A stretch of 41,972 bases of DNA from Escherichia phage vB_EcoS_fTaEco03, in sequence record MT711528.1. The stretch is one strand, 5' to 3'. The notes below the pieces were generated by a model. That model saw only the letters and a list, made by a program, of their open reading frames with translations. It searched no databases and was not told where the DNA came from. The position numbers were made by a program, and so were the translations under genes. Position 1 is the stretch's first letter; every line of letters begins with the position of its first letter. Shown piece by piece: positions 1 to 9,053 of this stretch.

Positions 1-1251
1 ATGAGTATTCAGCTATCCGCACCGCAGGCACTGTTCCTGAATTGCGGTAACAAATACAAAGCCTATGTCGGCGGCTTCGGCAGCGGAAAGACATTTGTTG
101 GCTGCCTTGACCTGCTTACGTTTATGCTCAAGCATCCAGGTACGCGCCTGGGTTACTTCGGCCCGACATACCCGGCTATCCGTGACATCTTCTACCCAAC
201 ATTTGAGGAAGCCGCTAACCTGCTCGGCCTCGATGTGCTGGTTAAATCTGGCGACAAAGAAGTCGTGGTTACTCGCGGTAAGACGGTGCTCGGTACAGTT
301 ATCTGCCGTTCTATGGATAACCCAGGCTCGATAGTCGGCTTCAAAATCGCTGCTGCGGTCGTGGATGAGCTTGATGTATTGAGCCGTGAGAAAGCTGAGC
401 TGGCGTGGAACAAAATAGTCGCCCGTATGCGTCTGGTTATCCCCGGCGTAACTAACCACATCTCTGTCACCACGACACCGGAAGGGTTCAAGTTCGTCTA
501 CGCCAAGTTCAAAGAGAACCCGACGCCGAGTTACTCGATGGTGCAGGCTTCTACACACGAGAACGCGCGATTCCTGCCACCTGACTACATTAGTTCGCTG
601 ACCGAGACTTATCCGGCGCAGTTGATTAACGCGTATCTGAATGGTGAGTTCGTCAACCTTACCTCCGGCAGCGTGTATTACGCATATGACCGCCGTAAGC
701 ACCGCAGCAAAGAGGTAATTCAACCGGGCGACACGTTGTACATCGGGCAGGACTTCAACGTTACGAAGAACGCCAGCGCCGTGTATGTGCAACGTAAAGA
801 CGGCTGGCACGCGGTGGCAGAACTGAAAGGTCTGTTTGATACGCCGGACACCGTGCGTGTAATTACTGAGAAGTGGAAGTCGCAGGGCCACCGCATAGTC
901 GTTTACCCGGACGCCAGCGGCAAGAACCGCAAGACCAACTCGGCGTCAATCTCAGATATTGCGTTACTCCAGCAGGCCGGTTTCGATGTTCGCGCTAAAT
1001 CCGCCAACCCTCCGGTTAAAGACCGTGTTTTAGCCGTGAATACCGCACTGGAAAAAGGTAAGCTGTGGGTTAATGACCACTTATGCCCCGAGATAGCGAA
1101 GACGCTGGAGCAGCAGGCATACGATGATAACGGAGAGCCAGCTAAAGACGGCATCATTGACCATATGGCGGATGCTCTCGGCTATCCTGTAGTTTACGAG
1201 ATGCCGGTGGTTAAACCAGTAATCAACATCCCGGTGACTTTCGCACTTTAA
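1..1251 (+). CDS. terL: Terminase large subunit
   Basis: Complete 416 aa ORF starting at position 1; Walker A P-loop VGGFGSGKT near N-terminus; immediately followed by portal-sized ORF. Confidence 0.85.
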   Translation: MSIQLSAPQALFLNCGNKYKAYVGGFGSGKTFVGCLDLLTFMLKHPGTRLGYFGPTYPAIRDIFYPTFEEAANLLGLDVLVKSGDKEVVVTRGKTVLGTVICRSMDNPGSIVGFKIAAAVVDELDVLSREKAELAWNKIVARMRLVIPGVTNHISVTTTPEGFKFVYAKFKENPTPSYSMVQASTHENARFLPPDYISSLTETYPAQLINAYLNGEFVNLTSGSVYYAYDRRKHRSKEVIQPGDTLYIGQDFNVTKNASAVYVQRKDGWHAVAELKGLFDTPDTVRVITEKWKSQGHRIVVYPDASGKNRKTNSASISDIALLQQAGFDVRAKSANPPVKDRVLAVNTALEKGKLWVNDHLCPEIAKTLEQQAYDDNGEPAKDGIIDHMADALGYPVVYEMPVVKPVINIPVTFAL

Positions 1252-1262
1252 GAGGACAACAA

Positions 1263-2756
1263 ATGGTTTCCGCAAACATTAACGCAGGGCAAGGGCAGAA
1301 CGTTAAAACCCGCCACCGCCAGTACGAAGAGTATTTCCCTAAGTGGCAGAAGGTGCGACATGCGCTTTCTGGCGACCTGACATCGTATCTACGTGACGTC
1401 AGTAAGAACGAGCCGGACCCGGTTTACGGTCGCCAGCGTCAGGCTGAATACGAAGCGGGGGCAATTTGCTACAACTTCACCAAGCGAACGCTTTCAGGCA
1501 TGGTCGGCAGCGTAATGCGCAAAGACCCAGAGATGATTATTCCGTCTCAGATGGAATACCTGACCACTAACTGTGACGGGTCGGGCGTTGGCCTGTGGCA
1601 GCACGCACAGGATACTCTGTATGAGATTGATGCTGTTGGTCGCGGTGGCTTGCTGGTTGACGCCCCCGCGGTAGAAGTAGCTACCATGGCAGAGCAAAAC
1701 GAGGGTTTACTAAACCCAACAATCGCTTTCTACACCGCAGAGAATATCATCAACTGGCGTCTCCAGCGCGTCGGGTCTGTTAATCGTGTGGTTATGGTTG
1801 TATTGCGTGAGGAATACGAGTACACCGATGGTGCGGATGAGTTCAGCCCCAACTACGGCGAGCAATACCGAGTCCTTGATATTTTCGAAGGCCAGTATCG
1901 CCAGCGTCTGTACCGCTTTAACCAGAAAGGTGCACTGATGGAAGGTGGCTATATCGAAATATTCCCGAAACTCGGTAATATTCCGGTCGGGGTGATTCCG
2001 TTCACGTTCATCGGCGCGGGAAATAACGACTCAACCCCTGACGATGCACCTTTGCTGCCGTTGGCTGAACTTAATATCGGGCACTTCCGCAACAGCGCGG
2101 ACAATGAGGAGTCCAGCTTCGTCGTAGGCCAGCCTACTCTGTTCATCGCCCCCGGTGAGAACATGAGCATGGGACAATGGAAAGAAGCCAACCCTCACGG
2201 AGTGCGTATGGGGTCACGTTCTGGCCATAACATCGGTTACGGCGGCAATGCGTTTCTGGTCCAGGCCAGTGAGAACAACCTAGCCAAGCAGAACATGTTG
2301 GATAAAGAGAACCAGGCAATCCAGATTGGTGCACAGCTTATTACCCCGACGCAGCAAATCACCGCGGAATCGGCACGCCTGCAACGCGGCGCTGATACGT
2401 CCGTTATGGCAACAATCGCACGTAACGTAAGCATGGCGTATACCGATGCGTTGCGCTGGGTCGCGGGTATGCTTGGGATTAGCGACAGCACTGAAATTGA
2501 GTTCAAACTGAACATGGAGTTCTTCCTGCAACCAATGACCGCTCAGGACCGCGCGCAGTGGATGGCGGATATTAACGCGGGCCTGTTACCGGCTACCGCT
2601 TACTATGCTGCGTTGCGTAAGGCGGGGGTAACTGACTGGACAGACGAGGACATTCAGAACGCTATCGAGGATGCGCCTCTGCCATTAGGTGCGGTTGCTC
2701 AGGTGGCTGGGGAGATTCCGCAGTCGGCGCAGCAAAAAGACCCCACCCAGCAGTAA
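1263..2756 (+). CDS. Portal protein (putative)
   Basis: 497 aa ORF directly downstream of terL, size and position typical of portal; followed by terminator hairpin 2767-2787. Confidence 0.7.
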   Translation: MVSANINAGQGQNVKTRHRQYEEYFPKWQKVRHALSGDLTSYLRDVSKNEPDPVYGRQRQAEYEAGAICYNFTKRTLSGMVGSVMRKDPEMIIPSQMEYLTTNCDGSGVGLWQHAQDTLYEIDAVGRGGLLVDAPAVEVATMAEQNEGLLNPTIAFYTAENIINWRLQRVGSVNRVVMVVLREEYEYTDGADEFSPNYGEQYRVLDIFEGQYRQRLYRFNQKGALMEGGYIEIFPKLGNIPVGVIPFTFIGAGNNDSTPDDAPLLPLAELNIGHFRNSADNEESSFVVGQPTLFIAPGENMSMGQWKEANPHGVRMGSRSGHNIGYGGNAFLVQASENNLAKQNMLDKENQAIQIGAQLITPTQQITAESARLQRGADTSVMATIARNVSMAYTDALRWVAGMLGISDSTEIEFKLNMEFFLQPMTAQDRAQWMADINAGLLPATAYYAALRKAGVTDWTDEDIQNAIEDAPLPLGAVAQVAGEIPQSAQQKDPTQQ

Positions 2757-2792
2757 GTTCACATATAGCCCCGAAAGGGGCTTTCTTATAGT

Positions 2793-3869
2793 ATGCTATT
2801 AACTTTAGCGCCACGGGGTTTATCTATGAGCTTACTTACATCACTAATCAGCCACCAGATATGGCTGCAACGCACCGCATCCGGTGAGGTGAAAGACCTC
2901 GCGCCGTTCATTAAGGAGATGCGGGACGAAATCAAACGGCAGGTGCTGCTATTCGGCAACGACGGTCGCAGCACTGCGCGACTGAATAAACTGTTACGTG
3001 ACCTTGAAGAAGCACTGACAGGACTTACTGGTGACTGGCAAACAAAGCTGGCAGAAGACCTCAAGGAACTGGCGGTGTATGAAGCTGAGTGGAACGTAAA
3101 GACCCTGTCCGCCAACGTAGATGCGGAATTTGTTACGCCCACCGCCGAACAGGTGTGGGCCGCTGCTGAGTTTCAGCCATTATCATTGAGTGGCAAGCCA
3201 GTTGATTTCACTAAACTGATGTCAGGTTGGGGTGAAACGGAAGTAGCACGTCTTGTAACCGGCGTTAAGATGGGCTTTGTACAAGGTCAAACAACACGGC
3301 AGATTGTTAAGAATGTAGTAGGCGCCGGTGGGCTGGCTGACATCTCTGAGCGTAACGCCGCTACCGTCATCCGCACCGCGCTGTCTCACGTGTCCAACGA
3401 AGCCCGTAACGAGACGTACCGCCAGAACGACGACATCATCGAGAAGTACGAGTGGGTGTCAACGCTTGACAGCCGCACCAGTACGATTTGCAGGGTCAGA
3501 GACGGGATGACGTGGGAAATTGGTAAGGGGCCGATGCCCCCCGCCCATCCGAACTGCCGGTCGTGCACGGCTCCGGTAATCAGTTCCGAGTTCGACTTCC
3601 TCGATAAAGGCGCAAAACGCGCGGCTAAAGGCGCGGAAGGTGGCACTCAGGTAAGCGTAGACACCACTTACTACGAGTTCCTTAAACAACAACCGGCGTG
3701 GTTTCAGGACCAGGCGCTCGGCCCGGTGCGAGGTAAGATTTTCCGTAACAGCGGTATATCGCCGGAAGAGTTTCGCGTAATATCTGTAGATGGTTTCGGG
3801 AATCCGCTCACGCTTAAGCAGATGGCGGAACTCGATAAACGTGTTGCTGATTATCTGAAAGGGGAATAA
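2793..3869 (+). CDS. Head morphogenesis / minor head protein (putative)
   Basis: 358 aa ORF after portal, the conserved position of SPP1 gp7 / Mu F-like head morphogenesis proteins; start may be ATG 2826 instead. Confidence 0.5.
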   Translation: MLLTLAPRGLSMSLLTSLISHQIWLQRTASGEVKDLAPFIKEMRDEIKRQVLLFGNDGRSTARLNKLLRDLEEALTGLTGDWQTKLAEDLKELAVYEAEWNVKTLSANVDAEFVTPTAEQVWAAAEFQPLSLSGKPVDFTKLMSGWGETEVARLVTGVKMGFVQGQTTRQIVKNVVGAGGLADISERNAATVIRTALSHVSNEARNETYRQNDDIIEKYEWVSTLDSRTSTICRVRDGMTWEIGKGPMPPAHPNCRSCTAPVISSEFDFLDKGAKRAAKGAEGGTQVSVDTTYYEFLKQQPAWFQDQALGPVRGKIFRNSGISPEEFRVISVDGFGNPLTLKQMAELDKRVADYLKGE

Positions 3870-4330
3870 TGATGGGCTTTTTCAAAGTAACTGACGTACC
3901 GTCTCGTCGCGTAGTCCAGTACGCCCGCGTGTCTGGCTCTGGCGAGAACGTGGTGTTTATTGAAGACGAAAGTGTACTCGGAACACCAGTGGACGATATG
4001 CCGTTTGCGGACAAGACCGGTATTGCGCTGCCAGCGGCAGGTATGCTTTATGAGATTCAGTACCTGGCGGATGCTGGTGATGTGTATTTCTCCGTACAAC
4101 CGCAGGACGCTGAACTGGCAGACGGCAGCGCAAATATCGCTGTCGAAGTTAAGGCGGGCAAAGCACCATATGCGCTGACCTGGTACAAAGACGGGAAGGA
4201 AGTGGTAAACGCCCCGGAAGAGGCTCTGTCTCTGACGGTTAACGCAGTTGGTGAATACTTCGTTAAAGTCACTGATGCCGACGGTATAGAGGCCGTAAGT
4301 AAGGCAGCGAAGGTTACTAAGCCAGAATAA
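3869..4330 (+). CDS. Hypothetical structural protein, possible Ig-like C-terminal domain
   Basis: 153 aa ORF whose ATG overlaps previous stop (TAATGATG); followed by strong terminator 4335-4356. Confidence 0.45.
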   Translation: MMGFFKVTDVPSRRVVQYARVSGSGENVVFIEDESVLGTPVDDMPFADKTGIALPAAGMLYEIQYLADAGDVYFSVQPQDAELADGSANIAVEVKAGKAPYALTWYKDGKEVVNAPEEALSLTVNAVGEYFVKVTDADGIEAVSKAAKVTKPE

Positions 4331-4334
4331 ACTG

Positions 4335-4356
4335 AAGCCCCGAAAGGGGCTTTTTA
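4335..4356 (+). terminator. Rho-independent terminator
   Basis: aagccccGAAAggggctt stem-loop followed by TTT. Confidence 0.7.
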
Positions 4357-4366
4357 GTGCCTGTGA

Positions 4367-4406
4367 TTATTCCAGTTATTCCACTCAATTGTAAATGTTG
4401 GAATAA
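4367..4406. promoter_or_regulatory. TTATTCCA repeat array (two direct copies 4367-4374, 4376-4383 plus inverted TGGAATAA 4399-4406)
   Basis: Read directly; a second TGGAATAA copy lies at 5182-5189 upstream of another TTGACA; candidate regulator binding sites. Confidence 0.4.
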
Positions 4407-4421
4407 ACTATTCGAATAGTT
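4406..4421. promoter_or_regulatory. Perfect 16-bp palindrome AACTATTCGAATAGTT abutting -35
   Basis: Self-complementary 16-mer read directly; overlaps first base of TTGACT. Confidence 0.5.
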
Positions 4422-4448
4422 GACTTTTCACCAAAAATGTGCTAAGCT
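4420..4448 (+). promoter_or_regulatory. Sigma70-like promoter (TTGACT - 17 bp - TGcTAAGCT extended -10)
   Basis: -35 TTGACT 4420-4425, -10 TAAGCT 4443-4448 with upstream TG; homologous copy at 34949-34977. Confidence 0.55.
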
Positions 4449-4451
4449 CCA

Positions 4452-4489
4452 CCTGAGCTTGTGAAGTATGAACAAGCGACCGCGGCGCG
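4452..4489 (+). promoter_or_regulatory. Conserved 38-nt promoter-proximal leader element, copy 1
   Basis: CCTGAGCTTGTGAAGTATGAACAAGCGACCGCGGCGCG identical to 34981-35018; contains hairpin GCTTGT-N9-ACAAGC. Confidence 0.6.
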
Positions 4490-4626
4490 GGCAGGTAACG
4501 GAGCGGGACGTAAGTCCTGAGTGTAGTTACGCTGACGCGTTCGGAAGGGCCATACTCTATTGCTTGTGTAAAAAGTAACTGGTTTACTGAGATTACGCCG
4601 TTTCTATGTTTAAATGATAAGGACTA

Positions 4627-4655
4627 GCGCCCCGCTTTAAGGCGGGGCTTTACTT
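4627..4655 (+). terminator. Terminator-like hairpin inside leader, upstream of spanin genes
   Basis: gccccgcTTTAAGgcggggc then TTTACTT; lies between promoter/leader and first CDS. Confidence 0.5.
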
Positions 4656-4672
4656 ATCGAGAAAGGGGAAAC

Positions 4673-5059
4673 ATGAATCTTAAAGCAACTGTCGTAGCGG
4701 GAGCATGTTTCATCATCCTGGCTTACGCACACGGCATCTACCAGTATCGCAGCGGCTGGAACGGAGGCCGGGCGAATCTCGTTTCGCAGCAACAGCAGAA
4801 AGCACATGCTGAGTTAGCTAAGAAAACACAACGGCAGCAGCAGGATGAATCGAAGGCCGCCGCCGCTGATAACGAAGGCAAGACGAAATCAGAGGTAATC
4901 ACCCGTGAAGTCGTTAAGTACATTAAAACGCCTGGCCGCAGCGTGTGCACTTTTGACCCTGAGCGCGTGCAGCTCAAGTCCCGCGCCGTCGCAAACGCCA
5001 ATTCCATCCCCGGATACGACGATGATGCAGCCGCCGTGCAAACTGGCACTGCCAAGTAA
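4673..5059 (+). CDS. i-spanin (Rz-like), putative
   Basis: 128 aa; N-terminal TM segment VVAGACFIILAYAHGIY, Q/K/E-rich coiled-coil-like middle; contains overlapping lipoprotein ORF in +1 frame. Confidence 0.55.
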   Translation: MNLKATVVAGACFIILAYAHGIYQYRSGWNGGRANLVSQQQQKAHAELAKKTQRQQQDESKAAAADNEGKTKSEVITREVVKYIKTPGRSVCTFDPERVQLKSRAVANANSIPGYDDDAAAVQTGTAK

Positions 5060-5168
5060 CGACGCGGATGAGGATTTAGCTATTGACGTCCAGAACGCAG
5101 AATGTGTACGGCAACTGAGACTTAAAGTGTTCATGTTGCAGGATTACGTGAGGAATATTCTGGAATAG
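4905..5168 (+). CDS. o-spanin (Rz1-like) lipoprotein, putative
   Basis: Starts inside Rz-like ORF in another frame and extends past it; signal peptide with lipobox LTLSAC; proline-rich mature part. Confidence 0.5.
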   Translation: MKSLSTLKRLAAACALLTLSACSSSPAPSQTPIPSPDTTMMQPPCKLALPSNDADEDLAIDVQNAECVRQLRLKVFMLQDYVRNILE

Positions 5169-5247
5169 TTGCCTTGTATGTTGGAATAATTTATTCTTGA
5201 CATGTAAATCCGGGTGGCCCGGATTCCAACGTCCAGGGGACATACTG

Positions 5248-5874
5248 ATGAGCGAAGAAGTGAAAGACGAAACTATCGAACAACAAGAGACTAAGACCAC
5301 GTTTACCAAAGAAGAAGTTGACGCGCTGGTATCCGGTCTTAAAGCTAACAACGAGAAGCTCTTGTCTGAAAAGAAAGCTGCTGCCGCTGCTGCGAAAGAA
5401 GCCGCAGATGCGAAGCTGAAAGCCGAACAGGAACGCGCAAAACAGAACGGCGAACTTGAGGCATTCGAGAAAACGTTGCGCAGTCAGTATGAGCCAGTAC
5501 TCGCCGAGAAAGACGGTAAGATTAGCAAAATGGCTGAGCGTATCCTCGGCGCAGAACGTAAATCAGTTATCAGCCAGTTGTCTGGCATGTTGATTGATGA
5601 GAGCGCAGCGGATATTATCGCTATGATGGTCAAGACCGAATTTGACGGCGATGACGTTGTGACCAAGTTCACAGGTGCGGACGGTAATGTCATCACCACC
5701 GACGCAGAGCAATTTAAAAAGTATCTGCGTGAGCACAAAGCATTCTCACATCTGATTAAAGCAGATGCAGCAACCGGCGGCGGGGCTTCCGGTAACAAAA
5801 ATTCTACTGGCGGGGCCGGTGGTACGGACGTAATTCAACAAAAACTTAACGCCAAATACGGCAAACGAGGATAA
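5248..5874 (+). CDS. Scaffolding protein (putative)
   Basis: Acidic, helical/coiled-coil-rich ~208 aa protein immediately upstream of capsid gene; start refined to ATG 5248 with GGGGA RBS (ORF track began at 5197). Confidence 0.5.
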   Translation: MSEEVKDETIEQQETKTTFTKEEVDALVSGLKANNEKLLSEKKAAAAAAKEAADAKLKAEQERAKQNGELEAFEKTLRSQYEPVLAEKDGKISKMAERILGAERKSVISQLSGMLIDESAADIIAMMVKTEFDGDDVVTKFTGADGNVITTDAEQFKKYLREHKAFSHLIKADAATGGGASGNKNSTGGAGGTDVIQQKLNAKYGKRG

Positions 5875-5880
5875 GAGATT

Positions 5881-6849
5881 ATGGCTCTGTCAGATATGAA
5901 GGTTTATAACGACGATATCGTCGGTACCACTATCGAACTGCTTGGTCAGAAAACTGACCAGTTTAACGCGGCCTCCGGTGGTGCAATTGTACTGTCTACT
6001 GCCTCATGGCGCGGTGATTTCTCCCGTGAGTCTTTCTTTAACCAGATTGCCTCCGCTAAACGCCGCGTTGACCGTTACGCCGCTATCGCGTCTCAGGCAG
6101 CTACCGCGCTGACTCAGGGCGAGCATGTAGGCGTTAAAGTCGCTGGCGGCTTCGGACCGGTACTGTTCGAGCCTGCGCAAATGACCTGGCTGAACGAAGA
6201 CCCGGCGAGCGCGATTCGTGCTATTTCCGAAGGCTTCTCTGACGCACTGTTAGCTGACCAGCTTAACACCGCTGTTGGTGCCGCCGTTGCCGCGGTATCA
6301 GGTCAGACTGCACTGGTTAACGATGTATCCGCGACCGCTGGCTTGTCCCTGAACGTGCTGAACAACAGCCACGCTAAATTCGGCGACCAGTCTCAGTTGT
6401 TGGTCACTGACATCATGACCGGTGCTGCTTATCACACGCTGGTAGATAAAGCGCTGACCAACGCAAACCAGTTGTTCGTTGCTGGCAACGTTATGGTTGT
6501 CGATGTTCTCGGCAAGCGTTACGTAATCTCTGACATTCCTGCGCTGTACGAGGCCGGTACTCCGAACAAGACTAAGGTTCTGTCCGTAGTTGCGAACGGC
6601 ATCATCGTTGATAATGCTTCTGACATTATCAGCAACATTGACACCAGCAACGGTAACACCCGCATCCAGACCACCTGGCAGGCGGACTACAGCTTCGGCC
6701 TGAAACTGAAAGGCTACAGCTGGGACGTTACCAACGGCGGTAAATCTCCGCTGGACGCAGAACTGTTCACCGCGACTAACTGGGACAAAGCTGTTGCCGA
6801 GAACAAGCACACCCTCGGTACTCTGGCAATCGCCGACGCAGACCTGTAA
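5881..6849 (+). CDS. Major capsid protein (putative)
   Basis: 322 aa ORF after scaffold-like gene, followed by strong terminator 6866-6890; position typical for major capsid. Confidence 0.6.
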   Translation: MALSDMKVYNDDIVGTTIELLGQKTDQFNAASGGAIVLSTASWRGDFSRESFFNQIASAKRRVDRYAAIASQAATALTQGEHVGVKVAGGFGPVLFEPAQMTWLNEDPASAIRAISEGFSDALLADQLNTAVGAAVAAVSGQTALVNDVSATAGLSLNVLNNSHAKFGDQSQLLVTDIMTGAAYHTLVDKALTNANQLFVAGNVMVVDVLGKRYVISDIPALYEAGTPNKTKVLSVVANGIIVDNASDIISNIDTSNGNTRIQTTWQADYSFGLKLKGYSWDVTNGGKSPLDAELFTATNWDKAVAENKHTLGTLAIADADL

Positions 6850-6865
6850 CACGGTTAGTAGTAAA

Positions 6866-6890
6866 AACAAAGGGGCTTCGGCCCCTTTTT
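6866..6890 (+). terminator. Rho-independent terminator after capsid gene
   Basis: aaaggggcTTCGgccccttt + TT; typical capsid-gene attenuator. Confidence 0.7.
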
Positions 6891-6906
6891 ACTAGGAGAA
6901 ATTAAA

Positions 6907-7074
6907 GTGGAAATTAAATACGTACCAATGCCAATTACCATCGAGCAGAAGCGCGAGTATAACCGTCAGGGGTTCCGTGTGGTAGATGCTCGTTTCGCAC
7001 CAGAAGGCACCGTGGTAGAATCGGCTAAAGAAGAGACACCACGCCGCCAGCGCCGGGCTAAATCAGAGGAATAA
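6907..7074 (+). CDS. Small hypothetical protein (55 aa)
   Basis: GTG start 7 nt after AGGAGA RBS; not in ORF track (below size cutoff); ends 3 nt before next ATG. Confidence 0.35.
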   Translation: MEIKYVPMPITIEQKREYNRQGFRVVDARFAPEGTVVESAKEETPRRQRRAKSEE

Positions 7075-7077
7075 TTT

Positions 7078-7590
7078 ATGCCGCTAATCGTGGAAGACGG
7101 GTCGATAGTACCTAACGCTGACAGTTACGTTAGTCTGGCTGACGCCCGCGCGTTAGCGGCTAATTACGGTCTTGGGTTACCGGCAGACGATACCGCTGCA
7201 GAGGTGGCCCTGCGCAACGGCGCTACTTATGTTGGGCTTGCGGAACCTCAGATGTGCGGGCGTCGCGTATCCGCTGAACAGTCTCTGGCGTACCCACGTA
7301 CAGGAACAACACTAAACGGCTTCACCGTAGCGGATAATGTTATCCCGTCGCAGTTAATCCGGGCACAAGTAATCGCTGCGATTACGTATGGTGCAGGTAC
7401 TGATGTTCGGGCTAACTCAGATGGGCGTTCCGTGCAGACTGAGCGTGTTGAGGGTGCGGTAACAGTGACCTACTTCAACAACGGCAGCAGTGGTGCTACG
7501 ACCGCGATTACCGCTGCGGACGACGCCTTACGCCCGTTACTGTGCGGTGGTCTTAACAATGGCTTCTCGTTTAACGTGTACCGGGGTTAA
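7078..7590 (+). CDS. Structural protein (head-tail connector region), hypothetical
   Basis: 170 aa ORF in tightly packed morphogenesis cluster. Confidence 0.45.
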   Translation: MPLIVEDGSIVPNADSYVSLADARALAANYGLGLPADDTAAEVALRNGATYVGLAEPQMCGRRVSAEQSLAYPRTGTTLNGFTVADNVIPSQLIRAQVIAAITYGAGTDVRANSDGRSVQTERVEGAVTVTYFNNGSSGATTAITAADDALRPLLCGGLNNGFSFNVYRG

Positions 7591-7592
7591 AA

Positions 7593-8207
7593 ATGGCAAA
7601 GACCAAAACAGAGATATTTGCCCTTATCGGCGCTAACCTTCCCGATAACACCACCGGGCTTATCACACCCGAGAAGTTACGCGAAGTAATGACGCAGATG
7701 GCAGATTCGCCTATCTATGCCACTCCCGGGGTGAAAGAGGTAGAAGTTCTCCGTGCCACGTCAACCGTGGCGCAAGCGCCTACCGCAGTAGATACAGCGT
7801 TACAGTTAACTTTCGGGGCTGCGCAGGGAGGCGCGTCTAACCCGGTAATGATTAATGCCGCAGGGCTTGTTACATTCAACACCGCTGGTAACTACGCCGT
7901 TCGCATCAAGTTACAGGCGGGGCGTACTGGCGCTAGTGGGACATCAATCCTGCTATCACGTATTTTAGTAAACGGTGCTCAGTACGGCTCTCCCGCAGCA
8001 ACTAAGCTGGTAAGCGCCGACATAACAATTCCTATTGAGTCCCGCGTTGTTATTAGCCCAACCGCAGGCCAGACGTTTGCCGTTCAGATTATGCGGGATA
8101 GCTCCGGGGCTAACTTTGGCGGCGTATACCCTCAAGCGGCTACCGTAACCGCATGGGGCACAGCGCCTTCTGCGCTACTGGTTATTTCGAGACTGGAGGC
8201 CGCCTGA
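7593..8207 (+). CDS. Structural protein, hypothetical
   Basis: 204 aa ORF, 2-nt gap from previous gene. Confidence 0.45.
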   Translation: MAKTKTEIFALIGANLPDNTTGLITPEKLREVMTQMADSPIYATPGVKEVEVLRATSTVAQAPTAVDTALQLTFGAAQGGASNPVMINAAGLVTFNTAGNYAVRIKLQAGRTGASGTSILLSRILVNGAQYGSPAATKLVSADITIPIESRVVISPTAGQTFAVQIMRDSSGANFGGVYPQAATVTAWGTAPSALLVISRLEAA

Positions 8208-8301
8208 TGAATAAGTTCACATGTGGTGTAGTTTTTGGTTTTCTTACCGCGGTAGTCTTGCACAGTTACGGTGTTCTTTTGACGCTGCAAGAGGTGCTAA
8301 A

Positions 8302-8661
8302 ATGAGCACCGCTTTCAGTAAACGTATGCAAGGCGTGGGTACGCGCCTGCTAACCAAATTCGGTAGCACGGTATCTCTGATTCGCGCTGGTTCAAAAGTA
8401 TGGGATGAAGTTCTCGGTGAGTACGTCTGGTCTGCGGATGAAGTGTTGCCGTTGAAGGCCGTTCCGGTTCCGGTAAACGCGGGACTGGTAAACGGTACGA
8501 CGATTCAGGCTGGCGACATGATTGTTAAAGCCGATTACAGCGTCGTTCCGAAGATGGAAGACAAGGTGCAATTCGGCGGCGAGCAATGGTCCATCGTAGC
8601 TATTGAGAAGAAGATGGTTAACGATGACGTCGTGGCGTACTTTATTCAGGTGAGAAAATGA
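8302..8661 (+). CDS. Head-tail joining protein, hypothetical
   Basis: Start refined to ATG 8302 (RBS AGGTG); ATGA overlap with next gene. Confidence 0.4.
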   Translation: MSTAFSKRMQGVGTRLLTKFGSTVSLIRAGSKVWDEVLGEYVWSADEVLPLKAVPVPVNAGLVNGTTIQAGDMIVKADYSVVPKMEDKVQFGGEQWSIVAIEKKMVNDDVVAYFIQVRK

Positions 8662-9053
8662 GTTTCGCGCTCGATGTCTCTAAGTTCGCGGAAAAGGCGA
8701 AGAAGAACCCTGAGAAGGTGATGCGTCAGGTGTCTATCAAGCTGTTTTCCGCTATTATAAAGGCGAGTCCGGTAGACACGGGCCGCTTTCGTATGAACTG
8801 GATGGCATCTGGCGGTACTCCTGCTTCCGGGATTACGGACGCTACGGATAAATCAGGAAACACAGCAACCGGAAACGCTACGAGTTTCGTGCTGAAAGCC
8901 GCTGACTGGCATGAGTTCACGCTGACAAATAATCTGCCGTATGCGCAACGGCTGGAGTATGGTTGGTCGCAACAGGCGCCAGCCGGGGTTGTCAGGACTA
9001 ATGTGTCTCGCTTCCAGCAACTCATTAACGAAGAAGCCAACAAGGTGAAATGA
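8658..9053 (+). CDS. Head-tail joining protein, hypothetical
   Basis: 131 aa ORF, translationally coupled to neighbours (overlapping stop/start). Confidence 0.4.
   Translation: MSFALDVSKFAEKAKKNPEKVMRQVSIKLFSAIIKASPVDTGRFRMNWMASGGTPASGITDATDKSGNTATGNATSFVLKAADWHEFTLTNNLPYAQRLEYGWSQQAPAGVVRTNVSRFQQLINEEANKVK

Noticed and set aside
13-891. Long antisense ORFs embedded in strong genes (e.g. 13-891 minus, 6298-6870 minus, 9510-10160 minus, 15653-16120 minus, 24785-25447 minus, 27622-28107 plus, 32692-33180 plus)
   Set aside because: Each lies wholly inside a longer ORF with recognisable motifs or operon context on the other strand, lacks an RBS, and has low-complexity translation; taken as chance ORFs.
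4468-4578. Short peptide ORF (MNKRPRR...) starting in the conserved 38-nt leader, also present at 34997
   Set aside because: The two copies share only the first seven codons before a 1-nt indel changes frame, and there is no RBS; conservation is better explained at RNA/DNA level.
4500-4620. Possible tRNA gene in the long intergenic regions 4357-4672 and 35019-35308
   Set aside because: No cloverleaf-compatible arms or conserved T-loop (GTTCRANYC) box found by eye; region better explained as structured leader.
5197-5247. Upstream extension of the scaffold gene to 5197 as given by the ORF track
   Set aside because: The extension begins at a non-ATG codon and overlaps the promoter-like TTGACA and hairpin; ATG 5248 with a GGGGA RBS is the more plausible start.
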